64,000 nucleotides of DNA, taken from sequence record NC_054926.1, one strand, 5' to 3'. The position numbers were made by a program, and so were the translations under genes. The notes beneath the pieces were generated by a model, which was not told where the DNA came from, made no database searches, and saw only the letters and a list, made by a program, of their open reading frames with translations. Each line of letters starts with the position of its first letter. Positions within the stretch are counted from its first letter, which is position 1. This document shows, piece by piece, positions 40,561-51,135 of this stretch. The DNA comes from Escherichia phage vB_EcoM_OE5505.

Positions 40561-40735
40561 GGAGTTTAATTTCCTTAGCAACTGAACTAAATACAGCACG
40601 GTCACAAATCATCTGTTTATGTAACTTGAGTATAATATAGCAAACTTCAAAACTATTTACATGAGTAACACGAACAGCATTACCATTAATGAGATAATAC
40701 TGTCCCTTTTTAATTTCTTTATCAACCATAACCAT
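40553..40735 (-). CDS. hypothetical protein (60 aa)
   Basis: ORF preceded by early promoter. Confidence 0.45.
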   Translation of the reverse strand: MVMVDKEIKKGQYYLINGNAVRVTHVNSFEVCYIILKLHKQMICDRAVFSSVAKEIKLHG

Positions 40736-40763
40736 ATCAATTCCTCAAAGGCAATTCATATGT

Positions 40764-40795
40764 TAATAATACCACAGTTTGAGCTCGTTGTAAAC
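40764..40795 (-). promoter_or_regulatory. T4-type early promoter
   Basis: GTTTAC 40790-40795, TGGTATTATTA 40764-40774. Confidence 0.6.
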
Positions 40796-40893
40796 AACTT
40801 TGTGAAAATTATTTTAGGGAATGATAAGAAGGGAACGATAGCTTAGAATGGTAATATACAGAATGTGAGAAAGAAGGACCCAGAGGGCCCGTC

Positions 40894-41217
40894 TTAGTCT
40901 TCTATGATATCTCTATCATATCCAAGTGAAATGAGAGTTTCTTTGAAATGTTTAATGTTCTTTTGTCTAGAATCATTAATGAAAATGACTGGATAACGAA
41001 TGTTAAGAGATGTGAATCCGGCGCGTTTAGCAAGAGATACAATCAGTGGACGATCATACTCAATCTTACCATTATTTGTAAGAACTTTATAGAAAGTAAA
41101 AGGAGCATTGAGCTCCTTTAGAAGTTTTGTAACTGATTGACATCCAGGACAACGACCTACTTCTTCGGGGATGCCATAGATTTCAATCTTATTCTTTAAG
41201 TTCGAGTTTTGTTCCAC
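40894..41217 (-). CDS. nrdH: glutaredoxin-like protein (NrdH-like), probable GTG start
   Basis: Thioredoxin-fold signature ...IEIYGIPEEVGRCPGCQS...; AGGAA 9 nt upstream of in-frame GTG; track ORF N-terminus overlaps neighbouring gene. Confidence 0.55.
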   Translation of the reverse strand: MEQNSNLKNKIEIYGIPEEVGRCPGCQSVTKLLKELNAPFTFYKVLTNNGKIEYDRPLIVSLAKRAGFTSLNIRYPVIFINDSRQKNIKHFKETLISLGYDRDIIED

Positions 41218-41500
41218 GAGAAATAATTCCTTGATAAGCCCAGTATGGCGGGTTAACAGAATCCTCACCAGAGTTTTCTTCAGGAAAATAAACCTGGATA
41301 ACGAAGCCGGATTCATCAAAGGTGAAATAAGTAGTAGGCAGTTCACCTAACAAATCGGCACGAGCGTTGATTTCTTCGAGGTCTTGTTCACGTCCAGCCC
41401 AGAAGCTTGGGTTCAGACTACATTCATAGAAATAATAGTCATTACCGAACATATCAAAACCATTCCAACTCTCTACTACATACCGCTCAAAACTAATCAT
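41189..41500 (-). CDS. hypothetical protein (103 aa)
   Basis: ORF. Confidence 0.5.
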   Translation of the reverse strand: MISFERYVVESWNGFDMFGNDYYFYECSLNPSFWAGREQDLEEINARADLLGELPTTYFTFDESGFVIQVYFPEENSGEDSVNPPYWAYQGIISRGTKLELKE

Positions 41501-41502
41501 AA

Positions 41503-41718
41503 TTAAGCCTTTTTATCAAGAACAGCATTCAGCTTGTTAGTAATTTTATCCAGACGCTCATTAAACTCACTAGAAGATAAGCCCTTTTCTGGAGAAATTA
41601 AACTAATCACGAAAAATATAGCAATAAAAGGAATAAGGAAAATAGCTCCAACTGCCATAAACAGAAAGAATGTTACAGTTGTAAGAAAATCAGCTAAACC
41701 TTTACGAAATTTATACAT
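41503..41718 (-). CDS. small membrane protein (71 aa)
   Basis: Hydrophobic ORF. Confidence 0.5.
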   Translation of the reverse strand: MYKFRKGLADFLTTVTFFLFMAVGAIFLIPFIAIFFVISLISPEKGLSSSEFNERLDKITNKLNAVLDKKA

Positions 41719-41833
41719 ATTTTACCCTTAATTAATTAACCAAGCATTGATAAGCACTAAACTATATTGGGAATAAAATTCTGGACCAAAATGAAAAATC
41801 ATATCATTTATAGTATCCATAATGTAATTCAGT

Positions 41834-42304
41834 TTAATCATGTTTCCACACCCCATCGGTATTTGACCAAAGTCGCTGATTATCTGATCCTCGCCACAGC
41901 TTTTTAGTCGGAAGATTTTTCTCATACTTCCCATCAATAATAACATCAACATATTTAAGCATTTCTAGCTGTTTAATATCTTCAAACTTATATCCTGTCC
42001 ACAACCAAATGCTTTTATTGGGATAAAGATTTTTAATAGTTTGAACCACAGAGTGAATCACGTCTCTGTTATCAGGATAAAGAGGGTCACCTCCGGTTAT
42101 AGTTAATCCTTCTATATAATCATTATTCAAACATTCAATCAATTGTTCTAGTGTTTCACCAGTGAATGGAATACCATTTCTAGCATTCCATGTTGATTTA
42201 TTATAACACCCTTCACATTTATGCAAACAACCTGTAACGAAAAGAACGGTCCTGCAGCCAGGACCATTAACAAAATCGCAAGGATAAAATCTATCATAAT
42301 TCAT
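41834..42304 (-). CDS. nrdG: anaerobic ribonucleotide reductase activase NrdG (radical SAM, 156 aa)
   Basis: CxxxCxxC cluster (CLHKCEGC); adjacent to nrdD. Confidence 0.9.
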   Translation of the reverse strand: MNYDRFYPCDFVNGPGCRTVLFVTGCLHKCEGCYNKSTWNARNGIPFTGETLEQLIECLNNDYIEGLTITGGDPLYPDNRDVIHSVVQTIKNLYPNKSIWLWTGYKFEDIKQLEMLKYVDVIIDGKYEKNLPTKKLWRGSDNQRLWSNTDGVWKHD

Positions 42305-44118
42305 TGGTGCTTAACCCTATGCATGATTTCTTTATTTTTGCCGAGATTAAATCCGCGTTCGTTCGGATTTCCCAAATAACCACATGTTCTTCTTATTGTG
42401 TTCATCTTTTTAGGATCAGTTTCTCCACAAATAAAACAAACAAATCCGTTTTCAGTAGGAGTCATTTCATGGGTACTTCCACATGTAAAACATTTATCTA
42501 CTGGCATATTAACACCAAAATAATCTAAATGTTGTGCAGCATAATCCCAGACAGCCTCAAGACCTTTTAGGTTATTTTTCATATCAGGAAGTTCAACATA
42601 AGAAATGTGACCACCTGTCGCAATGAAATGATATGGCGCTTCACGAGAAATTTTTTCAAACGGAGTAATATTTTCTTCTACTGAAACGTGGAAACTATTA
42701 GTGTACCAGCCTTTATCGGTAACATCTTTTACACTTCCATATTTTTCTGTATCAAGTTTACAGAAGCGATAACAAAGGTTTTCAGCAGGAGTCGAATATA
42801 AACTAAAAGCAAACCCAGTTATTTCAGCCCACTGTTTAAGACGAGCATTCATTTTAGTTAAAATTTCTTGTCCAATATCACGACCGACAAGAATATTCAA
42901 TTCATGAATACCAATGTATCCTAAAGACACTGAACTTCTACCGTTTTTAAATAACTCAATTATGTCGTCATCAGGTTTAAGACGAACCCCGAATGCACCT
43001 TCTTGGTAAAGAATAGGAGCAACAGTCGCTTTAACTCCTTTTAAGGAACTAATTCTACACATCAAAGCTTCAAAACATAAATCCATTCGCTCATTGAACA
43101 ATTCAGTAAATTTCTGTTCATTGAACTGTGTTCCAATATAAGAATCCAACGCAATACGAGGAAGATTCAGTGTTACAACACCAAGATTATTACGTCCATC
43201 AAGAATTTCATTACCGGTTGAATCTTTCCACGCACTCAAGAAACTGCGGCAACCCATTGGAGAAACAGGAATAGATGAGCCGGTGATAGCTTTATTGTTC
43301 TTAGCTGAAATAATATCAGGATACATCCTTTTGCTTGCACACTCTAGAGCAAGCTGCTTAATATCATAGTTCGGATCGTCTTTATAAAGATTAACACCTT
43401 CTTCAACGAACATAACAAGCTTAGGGAAAATAGGAGTTATCCCATCACGACCGAGACCTTTAATACGATTTTTCAGAATTGCTTTCTGAATCATTCGTTC
43501 AGTCCAGTCAGTTCCCGTACCAAATGTAATTGTTACAAAAGGAGTCTGTCCGTTTGAACTAAAGAGAGTATTTACTTCATATTCATAAGCTTGGAATGCA
43601 TCGTATACATCTTTTTCTGTTTTAGATTGAGCATAATTTAACGCATCAGCGATTTGCCATTTTTCTGCATCCTCAATATGTTTTGCATAGGTGCGTTTAA
43701 CATAAGGAGAAAGTACTTTATCTACATTCGCAAAAGTCGTTCCGCCGTATTGGTGAGAAGCAACTTGCGCAGTAATTTGTGCCATAATTGCAGTAGCAAC
43801 GCCAATTGATTTAGGAGTTTCAATCTGTGCATTACCAAGCTTAAATCCGTTTTCAAGCATTCCTTTTAAATCTACTAAACAACAATTAGTAAATGGAAGA
43901 GCAGGGGAATAATCAATATCATGGAAATGAATAATTCCGCTTTCATGCGCTTTCATAATAAAAGACGGGACCATATTTTTGGCAATGTGTTTAGACACAA
44001 TACCAGCCATAAGGTCCCGTTGAGTTGGAAAAACACGAGAATCTTTATTAGCATTCTCGTTTAAAAGGTCTTTATTAGTTTTATGAATCAATCCTTCAAT
44101 TTCTTTTTCAATTGTCAT
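42301..44118 (-). CDS. nrdD: anaerobic ribonucleoside-triphosphate reductase NrdD (605 aa), intron-less
   Basis: Glycyl-radical C-terminus, CxxC zinc ribbon; continuous ORF. Confidence 0.9.
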   Translation of the reverse strand: MTIEKEIEGLIHKTNKDLLNENANKDSRVFPTQRDLMAGIVSKHIAKNMVPSFIMKAHESGIIHFHDIDYSPALPFTNCCLVDLKGMLENGFKLGNAQIETPKSIGVATAIMAQITAQVASHQYGGTTFANVDKVLSPYVKRTYAKHIEDAEKWQIADALNYAQSKTEKDVYDAFQAYEYEVNTLFSSNGQTPFVTITFGTGTDWTERMIQKAILKNRIKGLGRDGITPIFPKLVMFVEEGVNLYKDDPNYDIKQLALECASKRMYPDIISAKNNKAITGSSIPVSPMGCRSFLSAWKDSTGNEILDGRNNLGVVTLNLPRIALDSYIGTQFNEQKFTELFNERMDLCFEALMCRISSLKGVKATVAPILYQEGAFGVRLKPDDDIIELFKNGRSSVSLGYIGIHELNILVGRDIGQEILTKMNARLKQWAEITGFAFSLYSTPAENLCYRFCKLDTEKYGSVKDVTDKGWYTNSFHVSVEENITPFEKISREAPYHFIATGGHISYVELPDMKNNLKGLEAVWDYAAQHLDYFGVNMPVDKCFTCGSTHEMTPTENGFVCFICGETDPKKMNTIRRTCGYLGNPNERGFNLGKNKEIMHRVKHQ

Positions 44119-44588
44119 TTTAAACTCTTTCTAAGCTGCTTCTTAAATGAAGCTATTAATTGTGTTTTGGTGTCAGATTCATTATATTCAAATCCTCTTT
44201 GAAGCATCTCAGCCATCATTTCCTCTTTTCCTAAACGAGAAAATTCCTTTGATTTATCTCCAACAAAGTTAGGGTGAATATTGTTTTGGGTGTAATCGGA
44301 TTTTAAATAAGTAAGTAAATTTTCTAACCATTCAAGATAATCAACACCTTGTCCCTTTAAGCCAGAACGATTAAATTTATGTTTCATTTGACCTTCTGCC
44401 GCATTACAGAGATTACAGAGCAATCCACGTACCTTTCCAGCTTTCGGTCCATTTAATTCATGGTCATGGTCAAGATGATTAGCTTGAACATCAGGATTTA
44501 ATTCTCGTTGGCAAATTAAGCATTTACCATTTTGTGCATTATAAAATTTTTGTTTTTCTTCTTTGTATAATTTGCCAGTCAATAACAT
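44115..44588 (-). CDS. 49: endonuclease VII gp49 (157 aa)
   Basis: His-Cys box / zinc-binding motif CLICQ...HLDHDH...C..C; size matches. Confidence 0.85.
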   Translation of the reverse strand: MLLTGKLYKEEKQKFYNAQNGKCLICQRELNPDVQANHLDHDHELNGPKAGKVRGLLCNLCNAAEGQMKHKFNRSGLKGQGVDYLEWLENLLTYLKSDYTQNNIHPNFVGDKSKEFSRLGKEEMMAEMLQRGFEYNESDTKTQLIASFKKQLRKSLK

Positions 44589-44806
44589 AATAAAACCCTT
44601 ACCTTAAATAGATAAGGGTATTTATTATTTTCAAGTATTGTAAAACATTCGATGCAATCGCTTATATTGCCGAATCATCTTTTTAGTAGGACGAGAATAA
44701 GTTCCTACACAAGTGGTCATATTAGGGTCTGTAGAATTTCCTTTAATAAAAAGTTTCCAAACCTTACCACCATTTAACTTTTCAGTATAAATCAATTCAG
44801 TTTTCA

Positions 44807-45253
44807 TTAAAATGCTCGGTCAGAAAAAGAAATTTGAGTTTCAAGCCATTCAATATATTCTGCCGCAGCTTGCATCAAATTTCCTTCATAACCATCGTTA
44901 TTTTCTTGCGCAGCCAATTTAGCTAATGCATATGAAATGCGTTCACCTTGAAAAGCGGCTTTAGGTTTATGAATAGCTTGATCAACTCGTTCTACAACTT
45001 CTTCAATTTCGCCATTTTCTACTGATTCAGTATTCCACAAGCACCAATACGTAATTGGCTTATCATAGATGTTAATAATCTTTCCGTCATAAAGTTCAAT
45101 TTCAATAATTCCAGTATCAGGTTCTATATCATCTTCGCATTCTTTTGCAAGTTCACGAACTTTAAAGACAGTACCTGCACTAAGTTCCGGCCAGTAATTA
45201 CACAGCCCTTTATCAGCACGATTAATTCTAAACCACTTATCTACTGTAATCAT
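44807..45253 (-). CDS. hypothetical protein (about 148 aa)
   Basis: ORF; track start appears non-ATG, first ATG used. Confidence 0.45.
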   Translation of the reverse strand: MITVDKWFRINRADKGLCNYWPELSAGTVFKVRELAKECEDDIEPDTGIIEIELYDGKIINIYDKPITYWCLWNTESVENGEIEEVVERVDQAIHKPKAAFQGERISYALAKLAAQENNDGYEGNLMQAAAEYIEWLETQISFSDRAF

Positions 45254-45376
45254 GTCCCATCTCCATATCAATTATGTCATTTATTGTAGGTTCATTATAT
45301 ACTGTTTCTTCATCAGTGTAAACCGGTTCTTCCGGCTCTGGCTCTACAGTTTCCCATCTAGCCGCCCACCAGGGTT

Positions 45377-45685
45377 TTATAGCGTAATCCATTCTCGTAT
45401 TGTCTGAGTTACTACACGTTCACGGGGTTCGACTAATTCAACAGTCGGAACTGCATAATACCAGTCAGAATGATAAGAACCTGAACGGCATTCATTTACG
45501 GAAACATGTACATTATGTTTTGGGCTAAAATAAACACATTGCCGATATTGGCATTTGCCATCTTGTACCCAGTCTTCTATTTCGATAGGTTTAAGATAAT
45601 CCGAAAAATCGAAATCATAATTTTCTGAAAATGCATCATGGTCTTCGATTATTTCGCTCAAAACTGCATCAACATCGTAAATCAT
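45377..45685 (-). CDS. hypothetical protein (102 aa)
   Basis: ORF. Confidence 0.45.
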   Translation of the reverse strand: MIYDVDAVLSEIIEDHDAFSENYDFDFSDYLKPIEIEDWVQDGKCQYRQCVYFSPKHNVHVSVNECRSGSYHSDWYYAVPTVELVEPRERVVTQTIREWITL

Positions 45686-45687
45686 AT

Positions 45688-45903
45688 TTACCCCAATTTA
45701 ACCATGCAATCGCCATATTTCCATTTAGAAATAGACTTTTCACCGTTAGAATAATAAACTTCGAGTTTAGCGCGGCCATTTTTAATTTGAATAACCTTTG
45801 CTGTCATCAAAGTTCCATACCCATAGTAAACTGCAACCTCATCACCCACATATACCGCGCTTCCGCGGTAGTCATGGATATAATCAGTTCCTTCAAGCAT
45901 CAT
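45688..45903 (-). CDS. hypothetical protein (71 aa)
   Basis: ORF. Confidence 0.45.
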   Translation of the reverse strand: MMLEGTDYIHDYRGSAVYVGDEVAVYYGYGTLMTAKVIQIKNGRAKLEVYYSNGEKSISKWKYGDCMVKLG

Positions 45904-46163
45904 TTAAAGTATTCCCGCAATTGGTCAAATCCACCAATATGACTTCCATCAGGAGCAAATACCTGAGGCATCGTCAATCCGATTTGAGTATCACGACCCA
46001 GTTTAGTCAGAAGCTCAGCGATTTTCTCATCATCAAAAACACCTTTTTCCGGCATAATATTGATAAATTCAAACGGCTGTTTCTTCACAGTCAAGAGACG
46101 TTTTGCATTATCGCAATACACACATTTGTGGATGTTGCTATCATAACCATATACTTTAAACAT
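45900..46163 (-). CDS. nrdC: thioredoxin/glutaredoxin NrdC (87 aa)
   Basis: CVYC active site; sequence matches T4 NrdC as recalled. Confidence 0.85.
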   Translation of the reverse strand: MFKVYGYDSNIHKCVYCDNAKRLLTVKKQPFEFINIMPEKGVFDDEKIAELLTKLGRDTQIGLTMPQVFAPDGSHIGGFDQLREYFK

Positions 46164-46164
46164 A

Positions 46165-46455
46165 TTATTCCTTAATTCCTAGTACTTGTTTAAAAATCTC
46201 GTCATAATCAAGACTTTGGCCCGTTTGTTCTTTATGTTTGTATATAATATCACTTACTTCTGATAGCATATTTTTATATGAACGAGTTAAAGCAGATTTA
46301 AGAACGCTATATCTATCAGGAAATTTACCATGTTCATTATAATAAGCTATTGCTAATTCACGGACTGCTTTTTCAGCAATCTCCATATATTCTTTACGCT
46401 TGGTCATTTTCTTCTCTCTCAAATCGGTGTTTGCAATGACGACATTTATATTCAA
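46165..46455 (-). CDS. hypothetical protein (96 aa)
   Basis: ORF. Confidence 0.45.
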   Translation of the reverse strand: MNINVVIANTDLREKKMTKRKEYMEIAEKAVRELAIAYYNEHGKFPDRYSVLKSALTRSYKNMLSEVSDIIYKHKEQTGQSLDYDEIFKQVLGIKE

Positions 46456-46711
46456 GCTCTGGTTTACGCCAGTTAATCAATTGTACCTGTTCAGTACCAC
46501 ATTTTGGACAGTTCGGAACATTCTTAGAAGCTCTTTCGCGGCGTTCAACCATAACCATAATGGCATCCCAAGCAGGAGGTTTAAAGTCTAGATCGTCACA
46601 GCCATGAATCTTTCCACGCATTTCCAGATCGTCTTCTTCGCCAGCCATAATAATTTTAATTAGACTAGAATTACTTGAAGCTGCAATATCTTCTAATAAG
46701 CGCTTTTTCAT
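46394..46711 (-). CDS. zinc-ribbon protein (105 aa)
   Basis: CPKC...CRHC motif. Confidence 0.5.
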   Translation of the reverse strand: MKKRLLEDIAASSNSSLIKIIMAGEEDDLEMRGKIHGCDDLDFKPPAWDAIMVMVERRERASKNVPNCPKCGTEQVQLINWRKPELEYKCRHCKHRFEREENDQA

Positions 46712-47637
46712 TTCAATACCTCAATAGCATTACGTAAACCATTTGCTTTTGCATTAAGAGCTTTTAACAATTTAGTGTGTTCGGCAATCTGGGCTTCAAC
46801 TTCAATCAAACGAGCATTGAGATATTCGCGTTCTTCGCTCAGGTTATCAACCTTTTCTACTTTAGGTTCTTTTACAACTGGCTTATATGTATTAGGGTTC
46901 TTCAGTTTAATTAGAATGCGTGAACTGTATAACATTGAACCATTATCTTCGGTTTCGTCATACATTTCTACTACGTCCATAATTTTTAGCATCATGCGGA
47001 GTTTATAAGACAATGAACGAATAGTTTTGTTGTGCTTATTAATTTCTCTAGCGTTCATGGTGCCGAGATTACGTGAGTAATAATAAGGAACCTGGATATT
47101 AATTAATACTGATGAACCACCTGGCTTGTGTGTTACTTCATCAGCAATAACCCAGTCCTTAACATGAACTGTATTTGTACGGTCATCGCCCGCGGTAAAT
47201 AGTTTGCGAGCATGCTTAAAAAGCATATTCACTTGGTCATTGAATTGACAAGCAAATTTATCAGCAAATTTAGTTTCAGGAATGGTAGAAAACCAATCAG
47301 CCAAATGAGTCTTTTTAACATCATTAACAATAGTAAATTCAACCAAATCGGTTATAGATGTCTCAGATTTAATGAAGCTCGGCTTCATAAAGTTTTTAAT
47401 GTTCTCATGAGCTACAGTAGAAGATAACATACGAGAACGTTTAAACCATTCAAGCAAATTGCCTAACGAATGAGAATAAGCGTTTTGAGTATCTTTACAG
47501 ATATGATTTTCCTGACCAACATATTGAAGGAAATCACGAAGAATATTATTGATTACTGCTCTGTGCCCGATCTGATAATTACGGTGTTTAGTAATAAGAC
47601 TGTCAAAATAATCAATATAATGTTTACGAGTTTTCAT
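46708..47637 (-). CDS. hypothetical protein (309 aa) with C-terminal coiled coil; member of 4-gene paralog array
   Basis: ORF; shared YMDVV-type segment and C-terminal heptad-like region. Confidence 0.55.
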   Translation of the reverse strand: MKTRKHYIDYFDSLITKHRNYQIGHRAVINNILRDFLQYVGQENHICKDTQNAYSHSLGNLLEWFKRSRMLSSTVAHENIKNFMKPSFIKSETSITDLVEFTIVNDVKKTHLADWFSTIPETKFADKFACQFNDQVNMLFKHARKLFTAGDDRTNTVHVKDWVIADEVTHKPGGSSVLINIQVPYYYSRNLGTMNAREINKHNKTIRSLSYKLRMMLKIMDVVEMYDETEDNGSMLYSSRILIKLKNPNTYKPVVKEPKVEKVDNLSEEREYLNARLIEVEAQIAEHTKLLKALNAKANGLRNAIEVLK

Positions 47638-47689
47638 ATTCTTCTCACTTGGTTAATGGTTTATACTCCGAGCCATCCTTGGCTTTAAA

Positions 47690-48691
47690 TTACTTAATTA
47701 ACTGTAAAGCTTGTTCAAGACGATCAAGACGATTAACGGATTCTTCCCAAATCTTTTTAGCCTGCTCATATTCTTTCTGCGCTTTATTAGAAATTTCTAG
47801 AACTTCTTTATAAGCTTTTTCTAGTGCAATAACTTCTGGACGAATTTCTACTGGTTCAGGCGAATCGTCAAGACATTCCATTAGTTCCTCAAGGGTAGTT
47901 TCTTCTTTAGGAGTATTCACAATTTCATCACATTTTTGTTGGTAAATTTCTTTATCAGTCGGTGAGTACGCACACTTTACTTCACGGAGACTAACTACAA
48001 TTTTATATCCTTCCCAACCGCATATATTCTTAAAAGGATAAGTATGAATATTTTCTACTGTTTCCATACAAAGTAATGCGGTCTCTAACTGACGAGTTAT
48101 ATCGCTAGCAATTGAGAAAAATTTATTAATGTTCTTTTGATTAGCTTCTGGTGTAAAAAATTCATAATTCACAAAAATAGCTGCTTTATTTTTATCAAGC
48201 TCATATTCTTTTATGATAATCATATCAGAAGCCCAAGGATGGATTTGACGATAATCACCATAGCATAATTTAGAAGCTGATTTTAGAATTTGCTTCTTGA
48301 AAAGTCTAAAATTACTAATCCAACGACGAGTAAAAATATTCTCAGGGTCTTCTTTATTATTAAGATGATAAGAATTAACATCACCGAACCAACTGTATCC
48401 TACTACATCTTTAGTTCGTTTAATTTCTTTCCCAAATTTACCAAGAATATCTTGATTAACTAAATATGAAAGAAGACGAGAACCTTTAAAAGTTTCCTTA
48501 ATATCATCTTTATATTCGCGACTAGAAATTTTATGAACTTCATGAATAAATTTGCTTGAAGAAACAATACTTGCATCAATATTATTGAGCCATTGATTGA
48601 TAATGGAAATAACACTATTCTGACTAAACACAGGTTTAACTTTATCATTAATAACGCTATTGAATGATTTGATATATTCGTTACGAGTCAT
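47690..48691 (-). CDS. hypothetical protein (about 333 aa) with C-terminal coiled coil; paralog array member
   Basis: Start reassigned to MTRNEY; upstream track residues are promoter. Confidence 0.55.
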   Translation of the reverse strand: MTRNEYIKSFNSVINDKVKPVFSQNSVISIINQWLNNIDASIVSSSKFIHEVHKISSREYKDDIKETFKGSRLLSYLVNQDILGKFGKEIKRTKDVVGYSWFGDVNSYHLNNKEDPENIFTRRWISNFRLFKKQILKSASKLCYGDYRQIHPWASDMIIIKEYELDKNKAAIFVNYEFFTPEANQKNINKFFSIASDITRQLETALLCMETVENIHTYPFKNICGWEGYKIVVSLREVKCAYSPTDKEIYQQKCDEIVNTPKEETTLEELMECLDDSPEPVEIRPEVIALEKAYKEVLEISNKAQKEYEQAKKIWEESVNRLDRLEQALQLIK

Positions 48692-48720
48692 ATTAATCTC
48701 CTCAGTAGAAAGTAAGAACA

Positions 48721-48749
48721 TTATACCACATCCTTGTGGCAAAGTAAAC
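48721..48749 (-). promoter_or_regulatory. T4-type early promoter
   Basis: GTTTAC 48744-48749, TGTGGTATAA -10. Confidence 0.55.
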
Positions 48750-49768
48750 TAGTTTAGTGCATTTAGTGCATTGTTCAGTTTAGAACGTTGCTTCGTAAGA
48801 TTTTTGACTTTTTCTTGAGCTTTTTCTAGCATCTTTTCAGCTTCTAGCACTTCATTAGTTGCTTTAACGAGTTCATCATCTACTGCCTTGATAGACTTCT
48901 CAATCGCATCCGCGTGCCATTTTTCAACAGGTTTAAGACTCGGATTTTCAATAGAAAGAAAATTCACTTTATTGAATTTCCATGCATCTTTATTACCTGA
49001 GCTATACATCCAAAATTTAGGATCGTTTGATGAGCAATTAGATAAATTTAAGTTATCTTGCACTTCCTGCTTTTTCTCTTGCGGGACTTCGTCCTTTCTC
49101 AAAAAATCGTATTTAAATGAAACGATCATATCAAGTTCATACGTTGTTGTATGTTCCCAATTTCGCTCAAAATGAGGTAAAATCTTAGACTGAACCGCGG
49201 CAACTACATCCATATACTTAAATGCTTCTGTCAACTGTGATTTAAGGCATTCACAAATTGAAAGAGAATTTTTTGTATTAGGTTTAAAGCTAATTCGTGC
49301 AGTTCTGTTATTTTCTTTTAATGGTCTTACTTCCATCTGAAGAGTATAACCATCAAATTTCAGATTCTTTAAGTTAATATCAGAACCTTTTAATCGACTA
49401 GCCGTCGACAAAATTTGCTTTAATTGTTTACGGAATAGAGCAATAAATCTCCATTCAAGACGGTAATGATTTGGATTAAAAAATCCTGTTGATAAATCAA
49501 CCTTACTCTGACCAACGCCTTGAACAAATAGAGGATTTTTATAATCAATAGTTTTACAGAAATCGGTGAGCTGTTCGCGAGCAGTCATTTGCGTAATATA
49601 TCCAGCTTTATCAAAATGTCGCAGCCATTCACTGCTATTCATATACTTAAAGTGAATGGAACTATTAACTCTATCAGGGTCTAAATTATTTTGGCACAAA
49701 AATGTCATAACATCACGAGTATAGCTGGCATTACGAACCATATCTTCAATTTGAGAACGAGTTTTCAT
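48749..49768 (-). CDS. hypothetical protein (339 aa) with C-terminal coiled coil; paralog array member
   Basis: ORF; KQLKQILSTASRLKG segment shared with neighbour. Confidence 0.55.
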   Translation of the reverse strand: MKTRSQIEDMVRNASYTRDVMTFLCQNNLDPDRVNSSIHFKYMNSSEWLRHFDKAGYITQMTAREQLTDFCKTIDYKNPLFVQGVGQSKVDLSTGFFNPNHYRLEWRFIALFRKQLKQILSTASRLKGSDINLKNLKFDGYTLQMEVRPLKENNRTARISFKPNTKNSLSICECLKSQLTEAFKYMDVVAAVQSKILPHFERNWEHTTTYELDMIVSFKYDFLRKDEVPQEKKQEVQDNLNLSNCSSNDPKFWMYSSGNKDAWKFNKVNFLSIENPSLKPVEKWHADAIEKSIKAVDDELVKATNEVLEAEKMLEKAQEKVKNLTKQRSKLNNALNALN

Positions 49769-49776
49769 GGTGTTCC

Positions 49777-50679
49777 TTAAGATTTAAGTAAATCGACAAT
49801 TTTAATTAACTTTTCACGCTCAGATTTAGCTTTACTACTCAGTCCAGATAGTCTGAAAATTTCATCATCATATTGTTGAATAGAAATATTCAGCTCTTCA
49901 ATCTGTTTATTAAAATAATCAATTTGTTCAGAATGTTTTTCGTTACTACGAACTGGTACAGGTTTTGTAGGCAATTTAGTTGAACTGGATTCATCCGGGC
50001 GATAAATTAAAATACAATTTGAACCAATCGGGCATTTAGCACCAGACACATATTCTAGTGTTCCAGCTTCTTTTAAAACTTCAAAAGCTAAACAGAGATG
50101 ATGACCCATATTGACATAATCTGTAGAGTGAGCTCTGATATAATAATCATCTCCACGAGTACTAAATTTAAAGCATTTAAGGTCTTCTGTATTATTAGTT
50201 TTAAAAATCATTTGTTTATCTAGACCTTTAGCTAATCGAGCACCTAATGCTAATAATCGTCGTTGATTTTCCCATAAATCCGCAATCATTTGATCGAATG
50301 ACAATTTCGGCATTAGTCGACCATAAAGGTCATATCCTTTATTATAATTGCGAAGAATTTCACTCGCGTTAATACGAGACAACGCTCCAATTTTATTAAG
50401 GGCTTTCATGATGCGATTAGATAAACTCATTCCAGACCCGTTTGTTCGCTGTAAATGTTTTTCTAATCCAAATCCAATATCAACTTTAAATTTATCTAAA
50501 ATTTTGGCATGAACATCTCTGTCAATAACATTCAAATCCAAAGTTGGGTTAAATCTATGAAAAAATTTATCTGGCTCTCCACGACGAAGTACAGTCCATT
50601 CATTTAATTTTTTATTAACTAAAGATTTAATTACTGCGTTGATATTATTAATTACTACTGACATATTTTCCTCACTCAA
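49777..50679 (-). CDS. hypothetical protein (300 aa) with C-terminal coiled coil; paralog array member
   Basis: ORF. Confidence 0.5.
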   Translation of the reverse strand: MSEENMSVVINNINAVIKSLVNKKLNEWTVLRRGEPDKFFHRFNPTLDLNVIDRDVHAKILDKFKVDIGFGLEKHLQRTNGSGMSLSNRIMKALNKIGALSRINASEILRNYNKGYDLYGRLMPKLSFDQMIADLWENQRRLLALGARLAKGLDKQMIFKTNNTEDLKCFKFSTRGDDYYIRAHSTDYVNMGHHLCLAFEVLKEAGTLEYVSGAKCPIGSNCILIYRPDESSSTKLPTKPVPVRSNEKHSEQIDYFNKQIEELNISIQQYDDEIFRLSGLSSKAKSEREKLIKIVDLLKS

Positions 50680-51080
50680 TTTTCAATTTTACTAAATACA
50701 CAGAATATGATGGAAAGGACTATATAAGCACCGCATACAGATTGAACTAATACCATTCCAAAGAACCAAACAATATTATCAAACAATGTCTGTTTTACGT
50801 CGAAAGGACGTAAACTTACAGTAATATTATCACCTTTTTCTATTGATGAATACATCTCTGGTGAAATATATTCACTAAATCTATAACCGTCTTTGAGTTC
50901 ATATACGGCAATAAACGATAAACTAGACCCCTTTCCTTGAGTTCCTGTAAGGGTATTAACTACAGTAACATCATAATCTTTATAATGCATATAATCATTA
51001 ATTGCGTAATAACCATATGCAATTACTATACATAAACAACATATCAATAAATTCAATCTTTTAATTATCAACTGTTTCAT
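50676..51080 (-). CDS. membrane protein (134 aa)
   Basis: Two hydrophobic segments. Confidence 0.5.
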   Translation of the reverse strand: MKQLIIKRLNLLICCLCIVIAYGYYAINDYMHYKDYDVTVVNTLTGTQGKGSSLSFIAVYELKDGYRFSEYISPEMYSSIEKGDNITVSLRPFDVKQTLFDNIVWFFGMVLVQSVCGAYIVLSIIFCVFSKIEN

Positions 51081-51135
51081 AATAATCTCAATTAAAAGGG
51101 CTTAGAACCATTATACCATCCTTGGTATAAAGCGG

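Noticed and set aside
40871-40895. Imperfect hairpin (ggaccc-agag-ggcccg) downstream of the NrdH-like gene as a terminator
   Set aside because: Stem has a central mismatch (G.U only on the transcribed strand) and a very short loop; too weak to annotate confidently.
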